A stretch of DNA of 64,000 nucleotides, from positions 64,001 to 128,000 of the forward strand of contig JAZQAZ010000023.1 in NCBI GenBank assembly GCA_045545475.1. The letters run 5' to 3'. The notes beneath the pieces are model-generated. The model made no database searches, had not been told where the DNA came from, and saw only the letters and a list, made by a program, of their open reading frames with translations. A program made the position numbers and the translations under genes. The DNA is from Clostridia bacterium (GTDB lineage Bacteria > Bacillota > Clostridia > CAKSNL01 > HGM11501). Positions 30,386-41,783 of the stretch are shown piece by piece. The first letter of the stretch is position 1. Each line of letters opens with the position of its first letter.

Positions 30386-32155
30386 TCACATACCCTCTTT
30401 CCGTTTCTTTTCAGCCTTCTTTTTAATAAGTTCATTAAGCTTGGCTATGTTTTTTTCCTCAATATACTTTTTGCTCAGGATATTGAAACGCTCATCCTCA
30501 ATTGTATTAAAGGCATCCTGTGCGGCCTTTAAGTTATCGCCGTAGTCATCATCTGAAAATACCGATGCTGCTTCACCCGAAAACTCGGACGGCAACATGG
30601 TTATTATAACAGATGCTTCCGGAACCCTTCCTTCAGAAAGGGTTCGGTAAATAACTTCCGCCAGGCTCTTAAGTGCTTCCGTTGAATACTCCTCTGCCTT
30701 CATTTCGTCTGAGTATTTCTCATATACCCTTTTATCTCTCGCCATGAGGCTTAAAAGTATCTTTTCTGCTTCATAGCCTTTACCCGAAAGAAATTCTCCC
30801 TCCGGAGCTTTTCTCTCAAGCACAGGACGGGCAAAAATTTTCTTTTCCTCCCGCTTCCTGTAGGATGCATCCTTCTTCATAATTTCCGCCTTTATGGAAT
30901 CTTCTGAAATTCCCGTGTCGTCGGAAACCTTTTTGATGTATGCTTCCTGCTCAATGGGGTTTTTAATTTTAAGTAGCACCTCTGCCGCCGATTTAGTAAA
31001 TTCCACCTTCTGTTCGACATCTTTTATGTCGTATTTTTCTTTCAATTTTGAAATTCTATAATCGGTGACAACCCTTGCATTCTTAATGACACCCTCGAAG
31101 GCTTCTTTTCCTTTGAGTTTTATATATTCATCCGGATCTTTACCCTCGGGCAGACTCAAGATCTTGACCTTTATATCCAGCGGCATAAATATTTCTATCG
31201 CCGCTTCTGTTGCCTTTTGGCCCGGGCCGTCTGAGTCGTAACAAAGATAAACCTCCGAAGAATATTTCTTAATAACTCTCGCCTGTTCACTTGTCAAAGC
31301 TGTTCCCATTGAAGCAACAGCTCCGGTGTATCCTGCCTGATGAAGACTTATTACGTCCATATACCCTTCGCAGAGAATTATTCTTTTATCAGGCGAGTTT
31401 TTTGCATAATTAAGAGCAAACAACTCTCTTCCTTTGAAAAACACAGGACTTTCGGGAGAGTTCATATACTTCGCTTTTTCATCGGGCGAAAGTGCTCTTC
31501 CTCCAAATCCTATTATATTTTTCCTTATATCTATTATCGGAACCATGAGACGGTTTCTGAACCGCTCAATATAGTTTCCACGCTCTGTTCTCATAATGAG
31601 TCCCAGATTAAGAAGTACATCTTTTCCGATACCGTTCTTTTCTGCAAAGCTTAAAAGTGCTCCTCCGTCCGGAGCATACCCCATTCCGAATCTGGCAACG
31701 GTATTATTTTCAAGCTTTCTTTTTAAAAGATACTCTCTTGCCCCGCTTCCGGCATCACTTGATAACATATCACGGTAAAACTTGGCAACTGCAAGATTTG
31801 CCTCATACATTTTCTTTTTCATATCGTGACGCTCTTTATCACGGGACACCTCGTTTGGCTCGGGTAATATTATCCCCGAATTGTCCGCAAGATATTTAAG
31901 GGCTTCCACGAAATCCAGATTTTCTGCCGCCATTACAAAATGGATGGCATTTCCTCCCACATTACATCCGAAGCAGTGATAAAGCTGCTTGTCCTCGGAA
32001 ACATGGAATGAAGGTGACTTTTCCTTATGGAAGGGACAAAGTCCCATGTAACCACGGCCGGAACGCTTAAGATGTACATAACTTCCCACAAGGTTTACGA
32101 TATCCGTGGCGGATAAAACTTCCTGTATAACCTCTTCAGGATAAAGTGCGGCCAT
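30386..32155 (-). CDS. dnaG: DNA primase
   Basis: [11 protein letters not shown] zinc finger, GFGGR, KYMNSPE, EGYMDV, YDSDGPG. Confidence 0.98.
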   Translation of the reverse strand: MAALYPEEVIQEVLSATDIVNLVGSYVHLKRSGRGYMGLCPFHKEKSPSFHVSEDKQLYHCFGCNVGGNAIHFVMAAENLDFVEALKYLADNSGIILPEPNEVSRDKERHDMKKKMYEANLAVAKFYRDMLSSDAGSGAREYLLKRKLENNTVARFGMGYAPDGGALLSFAEKNGIGKDVLLNLGLIMRTERGNYIERFRNRLMVPIIDIRKNIIGFGGRALSPDEKAKYMNSPESPVFFKGRELFALNYAKNSPDKRIILCEGYMDVISLHQAGYTGAVASMGTALTSEQARVIKKYSSEVYLCYDSDGPGQKATEAAIEIFMPLDIKVKILSLPEGKDPDEYIKLKGKEAFEGVIKNARVVTDYRISKLKEKYDIKDVEQKVEFTKSAAEVLLKIKNPIEQEAYIKKVSDDTGISEDSIKAEIMKKDASYRKREEKKIFARPVLERKAPEGEFLSGKGYEAEKILLSLMARDKRVYEKYSDEMKAEEYSTEALKSLAEVIYRTLSEGRVPEASVIITMLPSEFSGEAASVFSDDDYGDNLKAAQDAFNTIEDERFNILSKKYIEEKNIAKLNELIKKKAEKKRKEGM

Positions 32156-32249
32156 AGTTCACCATCCTTTCAAAACGCTCAGCAAAAAGAGCATCCCATA
32201 CTTTAATATTTCGACAATTTATCCGAAAATCCTTTTTATATTATTAAAA

Positions 32250-33239
32250 TTATCTTTTATGCCATGACTCCGGAACAAAAAGTTCGTTGTACTTATATAC
32301 GCAGAAAACGTCTGTCATTCCTGATATGTAATCGCATACGCTGATTTCAGGATTTTCCTTATCATAGCCGGGTTCATTTTTAAGAAGTTCATGGTTTTCC
32401 ATGAAATATTCATAGAGTGCCTTTACAATTCCGAAAACTTTTTTCTCTTCCGTCTTCGCTTCAGAATCAAGGTATACATTGGCAAACATGAACTTTTCCA
32501 ATTCCATCATCGCTCCATATACCTCTGTGCTTAAAATGATATCTTCCCCGCTCATTTTTATGCAATCTCTTACTATCGTATCAATTCTTTTCCCGTGAGA
32601 ATGTCCCAAAGTCTTGGTGCATTCGGAAGGAAGTGCTTCTTCTGTCAAAATTCCCGCACGGCATGCATCATCAATATCATGGTTTATATATGCAACTTTA
32701 TCTGCCAAGCGACACACTCTGCCCTCCAATGTTTCGGGATAGTTTTGCCCTACATGATTAAGTATCCCGTCCATTACCTCGTAAGTAAGATTTATACCGC
32801 ATCCGCCCTCCAAATATTTAACTATGCGAAGGCTCTGCTCATTGTGACGGAATCCTTTTTTGGTGAGCTCTGCCAAAGCACGTTCGCCTGCATGTCCGAA
32901 AGGCGTATGCCCAAGGTCATGTCCCATAGCAATTGCCTCAGTCAGGTCTTCGTTGAGGCAAAGAGCACGGCTTATGCTTCTCGCAATCTGCCCAACCTCC
33001 AATGTATGAGTGAGTCTTGTTCTGTAATGGTCGCCCAATGGTGCTATAAAAACCTGAGTTTTATGCTTAAGGCGACGGAAAGCCTTGGTATATATTATCT
33101 TATCTCTGTCTCTTTGAAAATCTGTTCGCAAATCGCAGGGGGTAATCTCCCTCTCTCTGCCCTTTGATTTTTCAGATAATGCGGCATAGACAGATAAGGT
33201 TTCCCTTTCCCTTTTTTCAAGCATTTCTCTTACTGTCAA
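32250..33239 (-). CDS. dgt: dGTP triphosphohydrolase-like HD protein
   Basis: FQRDRDKI, HKTQVF, RTRLTH, GHDLGHTPFGH, DYISGMTD. Confidence 0.93.
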   Translation of the reverse strand: MTVREMLEKRERETLSVYAALSEKSKGREREITPCDLRTDFQRDRDKIIYTKAFRRLKHKTQVFIAPLGDHYRTRLTHTLEVGQIARSISRALCLNEDLTEAIAMGHDLGHTPFGHAGERALAELTKKGFRHNEQSLRIVKYLEGGCGINLTYEVMDGILNHVGQNYPETLEGRVCRLADKVAYINHDIDDACRAGILTEEALPSECTKTLGHSHGKRIDTIVRDCIKMSGEDIILSTEVYGAMMELEKFMFANVYLDSEAKTEEKKVFGIVKALYEYFMENHELLKNEPGYDKENPEISVCDYISGMTDVFCVYKYNELFVPESWHKR

Positions 33240-33261
33240 TAGAATCACTCCTTAAAAATGA

Positions 33262-33699
33262 TTATAAAAACATCAAAAGACCTATTGCTATACCTAAAAC
33301 GCAGCCAACTATAACCTCAAGCACGGTATGTCCCAAAAGCTCCTTTAAATACACCGGAACTTCTCCGTGAAGCATTTCCTGCAAATCGTTTATAACCTTT
33401 GCCTGCTCACCTGCTGCTTTTCTTACACCGGATGCATCGTACATAACTATAAACGAAAGGACAAAGGCTATGGCAAAAAATGTTGAATCAAACCCCTCCA
33501 CAATGCCCACTGACGTCGTCATAGCACCTACAAAGGCACTGTGAGAGCTTGGCATACCGCCTGAACCAACGATACGGCTGATATCCAATTTTCTTTCGGT
33601 AAGTAAAATGTACACTACTTTAAGCACCTGTGCTATTATCCATCCGAGTATTGCCGCAAGCAACACTTTATTACATATTATTTCTTCCCAAAATCTCAT
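33262..33699 (-). CDS. Divergent PAP2 family protein (DUF212)
   Basis: GGMPSSHS, VMYDASGVR, LKELLGHT. Confidence 0.92.
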   Translation of the reverse strand: MRFWEEIICNKVLLAAILGWIIAQVLKVVYILLTERKLDISRIVGSGGMPSSHSAFVGAMTTSVGIVEGFDSTFFAIAFVLSFIVMYDASGVRKAAGEQAKVINDLQEMLHGEVPVYLKELLGHTVLEVIVGCVLGIAIGLLMFL

Positions 33700-33701
33700 T
33701 T

Positions 33702-34568
33702 TCAAGTCCTTCTTTTCAAAAGATACATGGCAAATTCCTTTAAGAATTCGCCGTTTTCAAATTTTTCCAACGCCGATATGGCTTTTTTTGTTGTTGCTTC
33801 CAGCATTTCTTCCGTTTTTTCGATACCATATAAGGTAATGAATGTGGTTTTTTCGTTTTTGGCATCGCTTCCGATATTTTTCCCAAGTTCTTCTGCCGTC
33901 GAAGTTTCGTCCAGAATATCGTCCTTAAGCTGAAAAGCAAGGCCTAAATTTTCAGAATAGTCTGAAAGCAGATTTTCGTTCACGCCGGAAAGAGCACATC
34001 CCATTTCAGTTGCCGCTTTTATCAGTGCCCCTGTTTTCATGGCATGCATCTTCGTAAGTTCTTCTGCAGAGAGTTTTCTTTTCTCTCCTTCCAGATCCAC
34101 AACTTGTCCGCCTATCATTCCAAGATAGCCTGATGCCTTTCCCATAAGCGAAACCGCTTTTAGTTTATTCTCCGTATCGAATGGAGCCCCTAATGCCGTT
34201 TCAAAAGCAAGATTTAAAAGTGCATCGCCTGCGAGTATTGCCATTGCTTCTCCATATACAACGTGGTTTGTAGGCTTACCTCGTCTTAAATCGTCATTGT
34301 CCATTGAAGGAAGGTCATCATGAATTAAAGAATATGTGTGAATCATTTCAAGTGCCGCAGCAAAAGGCAGAACCTTTTCCTCAGAAAGTCCGAAAACCTC
34401 GCATGTTGCCATCATCAACACAGGACGGATTCTCTTTCCTCCCGCAAGAAGACTGTAATTCATCGCTTCAGTAATTCTTTTCTGCAAGAGGCCTTCGCCT
34501 TTTATAACACTTTCAAGATAATTGTTGATTTTTTCCTGCTTAGCTGAAAGCTCTTTCAAAAAATCCAT
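33702..34568 (-). CDS. ispA: Geranyltranstransferase / FPP synthase
   Basis: GGKRIRP, LIHDDLPSMDNDDLRRG, FQLKDD. Confidence 0.95.
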   Translation of the reverse strand: MDFLKELSAKQEKINNYLESVIKGEGLLQKRITEAMNYSLLAGGKRIRPVLMMATCEVFGLSEEKVLPFAAALEMIHTYSLIHDDLPSMDNDDLRRGKPTNHVVYGEAMAILAGDALLNLAFETALGAPFDTENKLKAVSLMGKASGYLGMIGGQVVDLEGEKRKLSAEELTKMHAMKTGALIKAATEMGCALSGVNENLLSDYSENLGLAFQLKDDILDETSTAEELGKNIGSDAKNEKTTFITLYGIEKTEEMLEATTKKAISALEKFENGEFLKEFAMYLLKRRT

Positions 34569-34572
34569 ACAA

Positions 34573-34797
34573 TCACGCTTCCTCTACGTCAAAGGGCACT
34601 TCTTTGACATTACCGTCAGAATCAGTTGTAATCTTTACTATTTTCTGCTGTGCCTCACTTAAAAGTTCGCTGCACTTTTTTGTAAGCTCCACTCCCTTTT
34701 CAAAAAGTGCCATAGAATCGGCAAGTGAAAGCTCCCCGCTTTCAAGTTTTTCAGTTATTTCAGAAAGTTCTTCCATCATCTTTTCAAAATCGTTCAT
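34573..34797 (-). CDS. xseB: Exonuclease VII small subunit
   Basis: LESGELSLADSMALFEKG; adjacent to xseA. Confidence 0.95.
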   Translation of the reverse strand: MNDFEKMMEELSEITEKLESGELSLADSMALFEKGVELTKKCSELLSEAQQKIVKITTDSDGNVKEVPFDVEEA

Positions 34798-34799
34798 TT

Positions 34800-36020
34800 T
34801 TAACCCTCGCTTTCAGAAGATAAAACTTCTTCAATACGTGCCTTTACACTTCCGTCGGACAATTTAATTCCGACTTTCATACCTTTATCAAGATCTTTAA
34901 CGCTTTTTATAACGCTATCCTTATAATCTGTTACGATACCGTAGCCTCTGGCAAGAACGCCAAGCGGAGAAAGCGAATCAAGCTTTGCGGCATTTACTGC
35001 AAGTGCCTTCTCTTTTTTATTCAATATTGAACCTATGCTTTTTATCATATACTGATTTTTTGTATCAATAAGTATCATAAGATTATTAAGCTTGTCCGAA
35101 AATCTTTCTGCAGAAAGCATCTTTTTCGCATAATTAAGACGATCAGTCCTTTGTCTCAGCGACTGAATCAGAGCATTTTTCATACGCTCTTTTCCTACAG
35201 AAAGTCTTTCATAGAGTTCCTCAGACGAAGGAACCGCAAGCTCCGCCGCAGCCGAGGGCGTAGGAGCACGCATATCCGCCACAAAGTCTGCTATGGTAAA
35301 GTCTATTTCATGTCCCACTGCAGAAATTATCGGAATTTCACTTTTAAAAATCGCACGGGCTGTTATTTCCTCATTAAATGCCCATAAATCCTCAATGGAG
35401 CCGCCGCCTCTGCCTGCAATTATAACGTCAACACTTTTCGTTTCGTTAAAATATTCTATTCCTCTGCAAACATTTTCGGCCGCACCCTCTCCCTGAACCT
35501 TGGAGGGATATAAAATTATATCTGCATAGCGAAAGCGTCTTTTTATTACGTTTATAATATCTCTTACTGCAGCACCTGTATCGCTTGTTATAACGCCGAC
35601 TCTTTTGGGATACGTAGGAATAGGCTTCTTAAATTCTTCGTCAAACAAGCCTTCTGTCCTCAGCTTTTCCTTAAGCTGATTGAATGCCGCATAAAGCTCT
35701 CCGAGACCATCTAAAACTAGTTCCTCTATGTATAGCTGATAGCTTCCGCCGGGTTCATAAACCGTAACACGCCCACGAGCCAGAACCTTCATTCCATCTT
35801 CAGGACGAAAGGTAAGGTTTTGATTTGCTCCTCGGAACATACAAGCCTTAAGCACGCTCTTTTCATCCTTTAAGGTCAGATACATATGGCCTGACGGGAG
35901 ATTTACCTTGAAGTTGGATATTTCGCCCTGTATCCATATATCTTTAAGTCCTGCTCTGGAATCCAACAGTTTTTTCATATTGGAATTAAGCTCGGATACC
36001 GTCATTTTAAGCTGATCCAT
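34800..36020 (-). CDS. xseA: Exonuclease VII large subunit
   Basis: GEISNF, GRGGGSIEDLWAFN, AVGHEIDFTIADFVAD, TPSAAAE. Confidence 0.97.
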   Translation of the reverse strand: MDQLKMTVSELNSNMKKLLDSRAGLKDIWIQGEISNFKVNLPSGHMYLTLKDEKSVLKACMFRGANQNLTFRPEDGMKVLARGRVTVYEPGGSYQLYIEELVLDGLGELYAAFNQLKEKLRTEGLFDEEFKKPIPTYPKRVGVITSDTGAAVRDIINVIKRRFRYADIILYPSKVQGEGAAENVCRGIEYFNETKSVDVIIAGRGGGSIEDLWAFNEEITARAIFKSEIPIISAVGHEIDFTIADFVADMRAPTPSAAAELAVPSSEELYERLSVGKERMKNALIQSLRQRTDRLNYAKKMLSAERFSDKLNNLMILIDTKNQYMIKSIGSILNKKEKALAVNAAKLDSLSPLGVLARGYGIVTDYKDSVIKSVKDLDKGMKVGIKLSDGSVKARIEEVLSSESEG

Positions 36021-36448
36021 TAGCTTTCCAGTTCCTTTCGGATATATTCTCCAAGAATTCCGTTTACGAATTTTCCTTCTTCATCTCCGGCATATTTCTT
36101 TACAATTTCCACAGTTTCCGATGCACTTACCTTTATCGGAATATCTTCCATATAAAGAATTTCATATATGCAAAGTCTCAGTGCCGCAAGACAAACTCTG
36201 TTTATTCTGTCTATTGTCCAGTTCTTAAGATACTTTTTGATGATTTCATCAAGAAGTTCCTCGTTCTCGGAAACTCCCGGGCAAACCTTTTCTATATAAG
36301 CCTTATCTTCTTCATTTGCTTCCTTGCCTGACCATATTTCAGAATCCTTTGCTTCCTCATAATAACCATCGGGAATTCTCTCGTCTCCCTTTGTTATCAT
36401 TGCAAAAATCATTTTGAAAGCGTTTTCTCTTGAAGTTTTTCTGCTCAT
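36020..36448 (-). CDS. nusB: Transcription antitermination factor NusB
   Basis: SRKTSRE, WTIDRI, LRLCIYE, FVNGIL. Confidence 0.93.
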   Translation of the reverse strand: MSRKTSRENAFKMIFAMITKGDERIPDGYYEEAKDSEIWSGKEANEEDKAYIEKVCPGVSENEELLDEIIKKYLKNWTIDRINRVCLAALRLCIYEILYMEDIPIKVSASETVEIVKKYAGDEEGKFVNGILGEYIRKELES

Positions 36449-36468
36449 CTTTATCCCCTTCTCTCAAG

Positions 36469-37506
36469 TTATTTTATCAGTTTCATTATATCGGACCAGG
36501 TTATAACAACCGCAAGAAGCATTAAAAGGATAAATCCTGTCGCATGAACAGCTGCTTCAAATTTTTGCGGAACCTTTTTTCTTATCACCATTTCGACAAA
36601 GGTAAATAAAACTCTTCCGCCGTCCAGTGCCGGAAGCGGCAAAAGATTCATCACTCCGAGATTTGCTCCGATCAATGCCATGAGATTCAATATATTAAGG
36701 AGCAATATATAATATCGCTCACCCTTGTTTTCAATTTCCATAGTGGCATCCACCACATCGTCAACCACCGTCGCTATTCCGACTGGGCCGGACACACTTT
36801 CAAGCCCTATTGTTCCTGTTATCATCTGCTTAATTGTCCAGAATACGCTTTTAACGCTGAATGCAGTTTCGTAAAAACCGTTTCTCAGCGCCATAAGTGG
36901 TGTATTTTCCTTTACTGCCGGAGAAAAGCCGAATTTATAACCCGTTTCAGTTGCATAAGGAGTCAGCGTAAATGTCATCTTTTCTCCATTACGAAGTACG
37001 GTAATATCCACCGCTTCTCCTTTGTTTTCCATCATTTTAAGTTGAATGTCAGAGTATATGTTTATCCCCGTATTATCCATTTTTATAATTTCGTCGCCAA
37101 CGGATAAAACCGAAGCAGGAACATCGTCATTCAGAATTGCTCCAACCTCTGTGGAATATACATATTTCTGAGAAAAGCATATAATCATGAAAAGGACAAG
37201 GGCAAGAAGAATGTTCATCGCCGCTCCGGCTACCAAAATTACAAGCCTTTTCCATGGTTTTAATGCAGAAAAGGACCTTTCTTCCTCCACTTCCTCGTTT
37301 TCTCCCCTCATAGCACAGTAGCCGCCGATGGGGAAAAGCCTTAATGAATAAAGAGTTTCCTTTCCTTGTTTTTTAAGTATTGCCGGCCCCATGCCGAGGG
37401 CAAACTCCTCAACATATACGCCGAAGCTTTTTGCCGCAATGAAATGACCGAACTCATGTATAAAAATCATTACGCCAAGAATTAAAACTGTCCAGATAAT
37501 GTTCAT
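36469..37506 (-). CDS. rseP: RIP metalloprotease RseP/RasP
   Basis: HEFGH, PIGGY, PDZ domain, NLLPLPALDGG. Confidence 0.95.
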   Translation of the reverse strand: MNIIWTVLILGVMIFIHEFGHFIAAKSFGVYVEEFALGMGPAILKKQGKETLYSLRLFPIGGYCAMRGENEEVEEERSFSALKPWKRLVILVAGAAMNILLALVLFMIICFSQKYVYSTEVGAILNDDVPASVLSVGDEIIKMDNTGINIYSDIQLKMMENKGEAVDITVLRNGEKMTFTLTPYATETGYKFGFSPAVKENTPLMALRNGFYETAFSVKSVFWTIKQMITGTIGLESVSGPVGIATVVDDVVDATMEIENKGERYYILLLNILNLMALIGANLGVMNLLPLPALDGGRVLFTFVEMVIRKKVPQKFEAAVHATGFILLMLLAVVITWSDIMKLIK

Positions 37507-37523
37507 AAAAAGATCCTTTCAAA

Positions 37524-38669
37524 TCACAGGTTAAATTTTGTTTTAACAAACTCCCTTGCCTCTCTGTCTGCATCAAAGATGTCAGCCAGTGTGGGATTTT
37601 CCTTTATCTTATGATTTTCCATTGCTCCTTCTACCATATCAGCTATGTCAAGAAAACGGCATTTTTCCATTAAAAATGCAGAAACCGCTTCTTCGTTAGC
37701 ACCGTTTAAGATTGTGGGCATAGTTCCGCCCAGTTCTGATGATTTAAATGCAAGGGCCAGCATGCGGAAAGTGTCGGTATCCGGTTTTTCAAATGTCAAA
37801 TTTCCTTTTGCGAAAATATCAAGCTCGCTTCCGGAAATTTCGCTCCTCTCCGGGTAGTTTAGTGCCACGCTGATGGGAGTTCTCATATCCGCAGAGCCAA
37901 GCTGTGCTATTACGGCACCGTCAACAAATTCCACCATGGAATGAACTATACTCTGGCGGTGTACAACAACTTCTATTTTATCAGCCGGAACACCGAAAAG
38001 GTGTGTTGCTTCAATAACTTCAAGTCCTTTATTGGCTAAGCTTGCACTGTCTATGGTAATCTTTGCACCCATTGACCATGTCGGATGCTTTAAGGCATCT
38101 TTCGCTGTTACATTTTCAAGTTCTTCTTTCTTTTTCCCGAAAAAAGGGCCGCCTGATGCTGTCAAGTATATTCTCTTAAGAGTGTTTCTTCCGTCAAGAC
38201 ACTGAAAAATGGCACTGTGTTCAGAGTCCACAGGAAGAATCTTCACATTTTTTTCCTTCGCCCTTGCCATTACAATATCTCCTGCGGTAACAAGTGTTTC
38301 CTTATTTGCAAGAGCTATGTCCTTACCTGACTCAATTGCCGCCAAAACAGGCTTTAATCCTGCAATTCCCACAATTGCTCCCACCGTAATATCGGCATCT
38401 TCCACCGAAGCTGCGGCACATAATCCGTCTTCACCGGAAAGGACTTTTATGTTTGTATCCGCAAGTCTTACCTTTAAGTCTTTTGCCGCCGTTTCAGATG
38501 CAACAGCAACAATTTGGGGGTTAAATTCCCTTGCCTGCTCCTCCAAGAGAGCAACATTGCTTCTTGCCGCAAGAGCAGAAACAGAAAAGCTTTCGCGGTC
38601 TCTTCTTATGATGTCAAGGGTTTGTGTTCCGACAGAGCCGGTGGAACCCAGAACGCTTACTTTCTTCAA
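37524..38669 (-). CDS. dxr: 1-deoxy-D-xylulose-5-phosphate reductoisomerase
   Basis: GSTGSVG, ANKE, PVDSEH, HPTWSMG. Confidence 0.98.
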   Translation of the reverse strand: MKKVSVLGSTGSVGTQTLDIIRRDRESFSVSALAARSNVALLEEQAREFNPQIVAVASETAAKDLKVRLADTNIKVLSGEDGLCAAASVEDADITVGAIVGIAGLKPVLAAIESGKDIALANKETLVTAGDIVMARAKEKNVKILPVDSEHSAIFQCLDGRNTLKRIYLTASGGPFFGKKKEELENVTAKDALKHPTWSMGAKITIDSASLANKGLEVIEATHLFGVPADKIEVVVHRQSIVHSMVEFVDGAVIAQLGSADMRTPISVALNYPERSEISGSELDIFAKGNLTFEKPDTDTFRMLALAFKSSELGGTMPTILNGANEEAVSAFLMEKCRFLDIADMVEGAMENHKIKENPTLADIFDADREAREFVKTKFNL

Positions 38670-38684
38670 GGCAAAGCCCTCCTT

Positions 38685-39518
38685 TTAAGCAAATACAGGA
38701 AAATAGTGAACAAAATAGTATACAACGGGAGATGCAAAAATTATGCTGTCAAGTCTGTCAAGAATTCCACCGTGGCCGGGAATTAAGTTGCCGTAGTCTT
38801 TAATTCCGGCTTCTCTCTTTATGGCAGAAAGGGACAAGTCTCCTATCTGAGAAAAGATTGATGTTAAAAATCCCAGCATAGCAAGATGCAAGTAGTTTGC
38901 CGTTATATCTTTGTTTATAAGAGTAACGATAAAGCCGTATATCATCATCATTAAAACAGAACCGATTAAGCCGGAAACAGAACCTTCCACCGTTTTCTTG
39001 GGACTGATTTTCGGAGCCAGCTTTCTCTTTCCGAAAAGCTTTCCGCCGAAAAGGGCAAAAGTATCCGTGAAACAGGCACCCACGAGTATTGCCCAGATAA
39101 GATATGCACCGAGCTCTTTTTCTGTCCTTATTTTTACCGCATATGACAGGAAGTAAACCAAAAGACAGCTTATTAAAAGAGCAGAAAACATATCCCTTAC
39201 TTTAACATTTTCGTTAAAAATAAGCATAAGTACAAAACCGAGCAGAATATATGCTGTAAGAATAAGCGACAGCAAATCAAGCCCTGTTTTATCGATAATT
39301 ACTCCGGACTTTACAATAAATACTATCGGAACCGACAGCATTATATACATAAGCACCGGTAGCTTTTCCTTTATGTTGAATCCGTATGCCGCACATATTT
39401 CATATACGGACATACACGCAACTAATGCAGCCGCAATTACAAGCACAGTTTTTCCTGCCAGCAGCAAAAGTACCACCGCAGGGACCATAATTGTTGCGGC
39501 AATAATTCTTTGTTTCAT
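38685..39518 (-). CDS. cdsA: Phosphatidate cytidylyltransferase
   Basis: ISPKKTVEG, IKDYGNLIPGHGGILDRLD. Confidence 0.96.
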   Translation of the reverse strand: MKQRIIAATIMVPAVVLLLLAGKTVLVIAAALVACMSVYEICAAYGFNIKEKLPVLMYIMLSVPIVFIVKSGVIIDKTGLDLLSLILTAYILLGFVLMLIFNENVKVRDMFSALLISCLLVYFLSYAVKIRTEKELGAYLIWAILVGACFTDTFALFGGKLFGKRKLAPKISPKKTVEGSVSGLIGSVLMMMIYGFIVTLINKDITANYLHLAMLGFLTSIFSQIGDLSLSAIKREAGIKDYGNLIPGHGGILDRLDSIIFASPVVYYFVHYFPVFA

Positions 39519-39520
39519 AA

Positions 39521-40264
39521 TTATACTCCACCAAAGCGTCTGTTACGCTTCTGATAATCATAAATCGCCTTTATTAAATCATCACCGGTAAAATCAGGCC
39601 ACAGAATGTCGGAAAACCAGAATTCCGAATATGCACTTCCCCAAAGAAGGAAATTGCTTAAGCGGTATTCTCCGCTGGGCCTTATGATAAGATCGGGATC
39701 TCCCGCTTCAGGGTTATACATAAGGGATGAAAGAAGTGCTTCGTCAATGTCCGAAGAATCTATCTTTCCTTCCTTAACCATTTCGGCGGCCTTACGTGCC
39801 GCTGAAACTATTTCAAGCCTTCCGCCGTAGTTTAATGCTATCTGCACAAGCATTGATTTTCCGTCTTTTGTCTTTTCCTCGATGTTTTCTATGCCTTTTC
39901 TTATGCTTTCGGGAAGGGAGGCCATATCCCCTATTATCTTAACACGGGTATCCTTACCGGCAAGCTTTTTAAGACCGTTTTCAAGATAGTCATTTAATAA
40001 AACCATCAAAGCATCCACTTCTTCTTTTGGGCGGTTCCAATTTTCAGTTGAAAAAGCGTAAACCGTAACCACCTTTATTCCGAAGTTTCCCGCAAAGTCA
40101 ATTATCTCATCGAACTTTTTTGCACCGGCACTATGACCGAAAGAGCGGGGCATGCCCCGCTTTTTCGCCCAACGGCCGTTGCCGTCCATTATAATTCCTA
40201 TGTGGGAGGGAAGATGCTCCATATCGATTAAAGACCTTAAGTCTTTCTTCTTCCGGCCGAACAT
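39521..40264 (-). CDS. uppS: Undecaprenyl diphosphate synthase
   Basis: IMDGNGRWA, FSTENW, RPSGEYRLSNF. Confidence 0.97.
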   Translation of the reverse strand: MFGRKKKDLRSLIDMEHLPSHIGIIMDGNGRWAKKRGMPRSFGHSAGAKKFDEIIDFAGNFGIKVVTVYAFSTENWNRPKEEVDALMVLLNDYLENGLKKLAGKDTRVKIIGDMASLPESIRKGIENIEEKTKDGKSMLVQIALNYGGRLEIVSAARKAAEMVKEGKIDSSDIDEALLSSLMYNPEAGDPDLIIRPSGEYRLSNFLLWGSAYSEFWFSDILWPDFTGDDLIKAIYDYQKRNRRFGGV

Positions 40265-40265
40265 T

Positions 40266-40814
40266 TTATATAGCCATAATTGCCTTTTCTTTGTTTGCGG
40301 CAATTGTTTCGATTTCCTTTATAGCGTCGTCTGTAACCTTCTGAACGTCCTTTTCAACGTTCTTCATATCGTCCTCTGTAAGTGTTCCTTCCTTCTTCTG
40401 CTTTTTAAACACTTCAAGAATATCACGACGGATATTTCTCACATTAACCTTTGCATCCTCTGTCTTTTTATTAAGAGTCTTAACAAGGTCTTTTCTGGAT
40501 TCCTCTGTAAGAGAGGGGAATACAAGACGGATAACCTTACCGTCGTTCTGAGGATTGATTCCAAGTTCTGACTTCTGGATTGCTTTTTCGATTTCCTTTA
40601 AGGTTGTAGCATCCCAGGGCTGAATTGTAAGGGTGTGAGCATCTGTTGCAGAAACTGTTGCCATCTGATTGATGGGTGTATCTGTTCCGTAGTAGCTTAC
40701 CATAATTCTATCAAGTACGCTGGGAGAAGCCTTACCAACTCTGATTGTTGCCAAATCCTCTTCAAAATACTTTATGCTCTTTTCAATTTTTGTTTTCATT
40801 TCGTTCATTGCCAT
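40266..40814 (-). CDS. frr: Ribosome recycling factor
   Basis: IRVGKASP, LGINPQNDG, VRNIRRD. Confidence 0.97.
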   Translation of the reverse strand: MAMNEMKTKIEKSIKYFEEDLATIRVGKASPSVLDRIMVSYYGTDTPINQMATVSATDAHTLTIQPWDATTLKEIEKAIQKSELGINPQNDGKVIRLVFPSLTEESRKDLVKTLNKKTEDAKVNVRNIRRDILEVFKKQKKEGTLTEDDMKNVEKDVQKVTDDAIKEIETIAANKEKAIMAI

Positions 40815-40831
40815 TTTTATATTCCTCCTTA

Positions 40832-41530
40832 TTATTTATGTACTAATGTACCAATTTCTTCTTCCATTATTGCTCTTCTGATGTTTTCGGGATCAGCTAA
40901 ACCAAACACTCTTATGGGCATTTCGTTATCCATGCAAAGTGTTGTTGCTGTTGAATCCATTACGCCAAGGCCGCGGTCCAGAACTTCCATATAGGTAAGG
41001 TCTGTAAATTTCTTGGCATCGGGATTTTTCGCAGGGTCGGAATCGTAAACCGCATCAACCTTCTTTGCAAGTAAGATGATGTCCGCATCAATTTCAACCG
41101 CACGGAGTGCTGCCGCAGTATCTGTTGAGAAGAAGGGGTTTCCTGTTCCGCATCCGAAGATAACAACTCTTCCCTTTTCTAAGTGTCTTACGGCTCTTCC
41201 TCTTATATAGCTTTCCGCAATTTTGTTCATTTCAATCGCGGTCTGCACTCTTGTGGGAATTCCGTGTCTTTCAAAGGAATCCTGAAGTGCAAGGGCGTTT
41301 ATAACGGTTGCAAGCATTCCCATGTGGTCTGCTCTTGTTCTGTCCATCTTTTCGCCACTTCTTCCTCTCCAGAAGTTACCGCCGCCTACAACGATTGCAA
41401 TTTCAACGCCTTTTTTAACACAGTCGGCAATGACATTCCCGATTTCGCCAACGATTTCCTCGTTGATGCCAGTACCCTTGTCTCCTGCCAGAGCCTCGCC
41501 GCTTATCTTAAGTAAAACTCTTTTATACAT
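40832..41530 (-). CDS. pyrH: UMP kinase
   Basis: [25 protein letters not shown]. Confidence 0.98.
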   Translation of the reverse strand: MYKRVLLKISGEALAGDKGTGINEEIVGEIGNVIADCVKKGVEIAIVVGGGNFWRGRSGEKMDRTRADHMGMLATVINALALQDSFERHGIPTRVQTAIEMNKIAESYIRGRAVRHLEKGRVVIFGCGTGNPFFSTDTAAALRAVEIDADIILLAKKVDAVYDSDPAKNPDAKKFTDLTYMEVLDRGLGVMDSTATTLCMDNEMPIRVFGLADPENIRRAIMEEEIGTLVHK

Positions 41531-41783
41531 CAAAGACAGTCCTTTCATTTATATTTATACTTTATTAAATAAATTCGACGTAAAACACAAAAATCCTTTA
41601 TTATAATGTAAGAAAAAGATAACCTCAAACGTTCTTGCTCCTGCAGTGTTAATCTTTATTGCAATTAGCCTCTGAGGCGAAATCCTTCTTGACTTTTCTC
41701 GCTTTTTTGTCATAATATAACTTGTAAGTAAAATGTGCGTTTAACTTATAAAAAACTTGAAAAAAAGAAAGGAACAGATTATA

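Noticed and set aside
41550-41756. Riboswitch or ncRNA in this and other long intergenic regions
   Set aside because: Only promoter-like and AT-rich sequence; no T-box, SAM, cobalamin or c-di-GMP consensus recognised by eye
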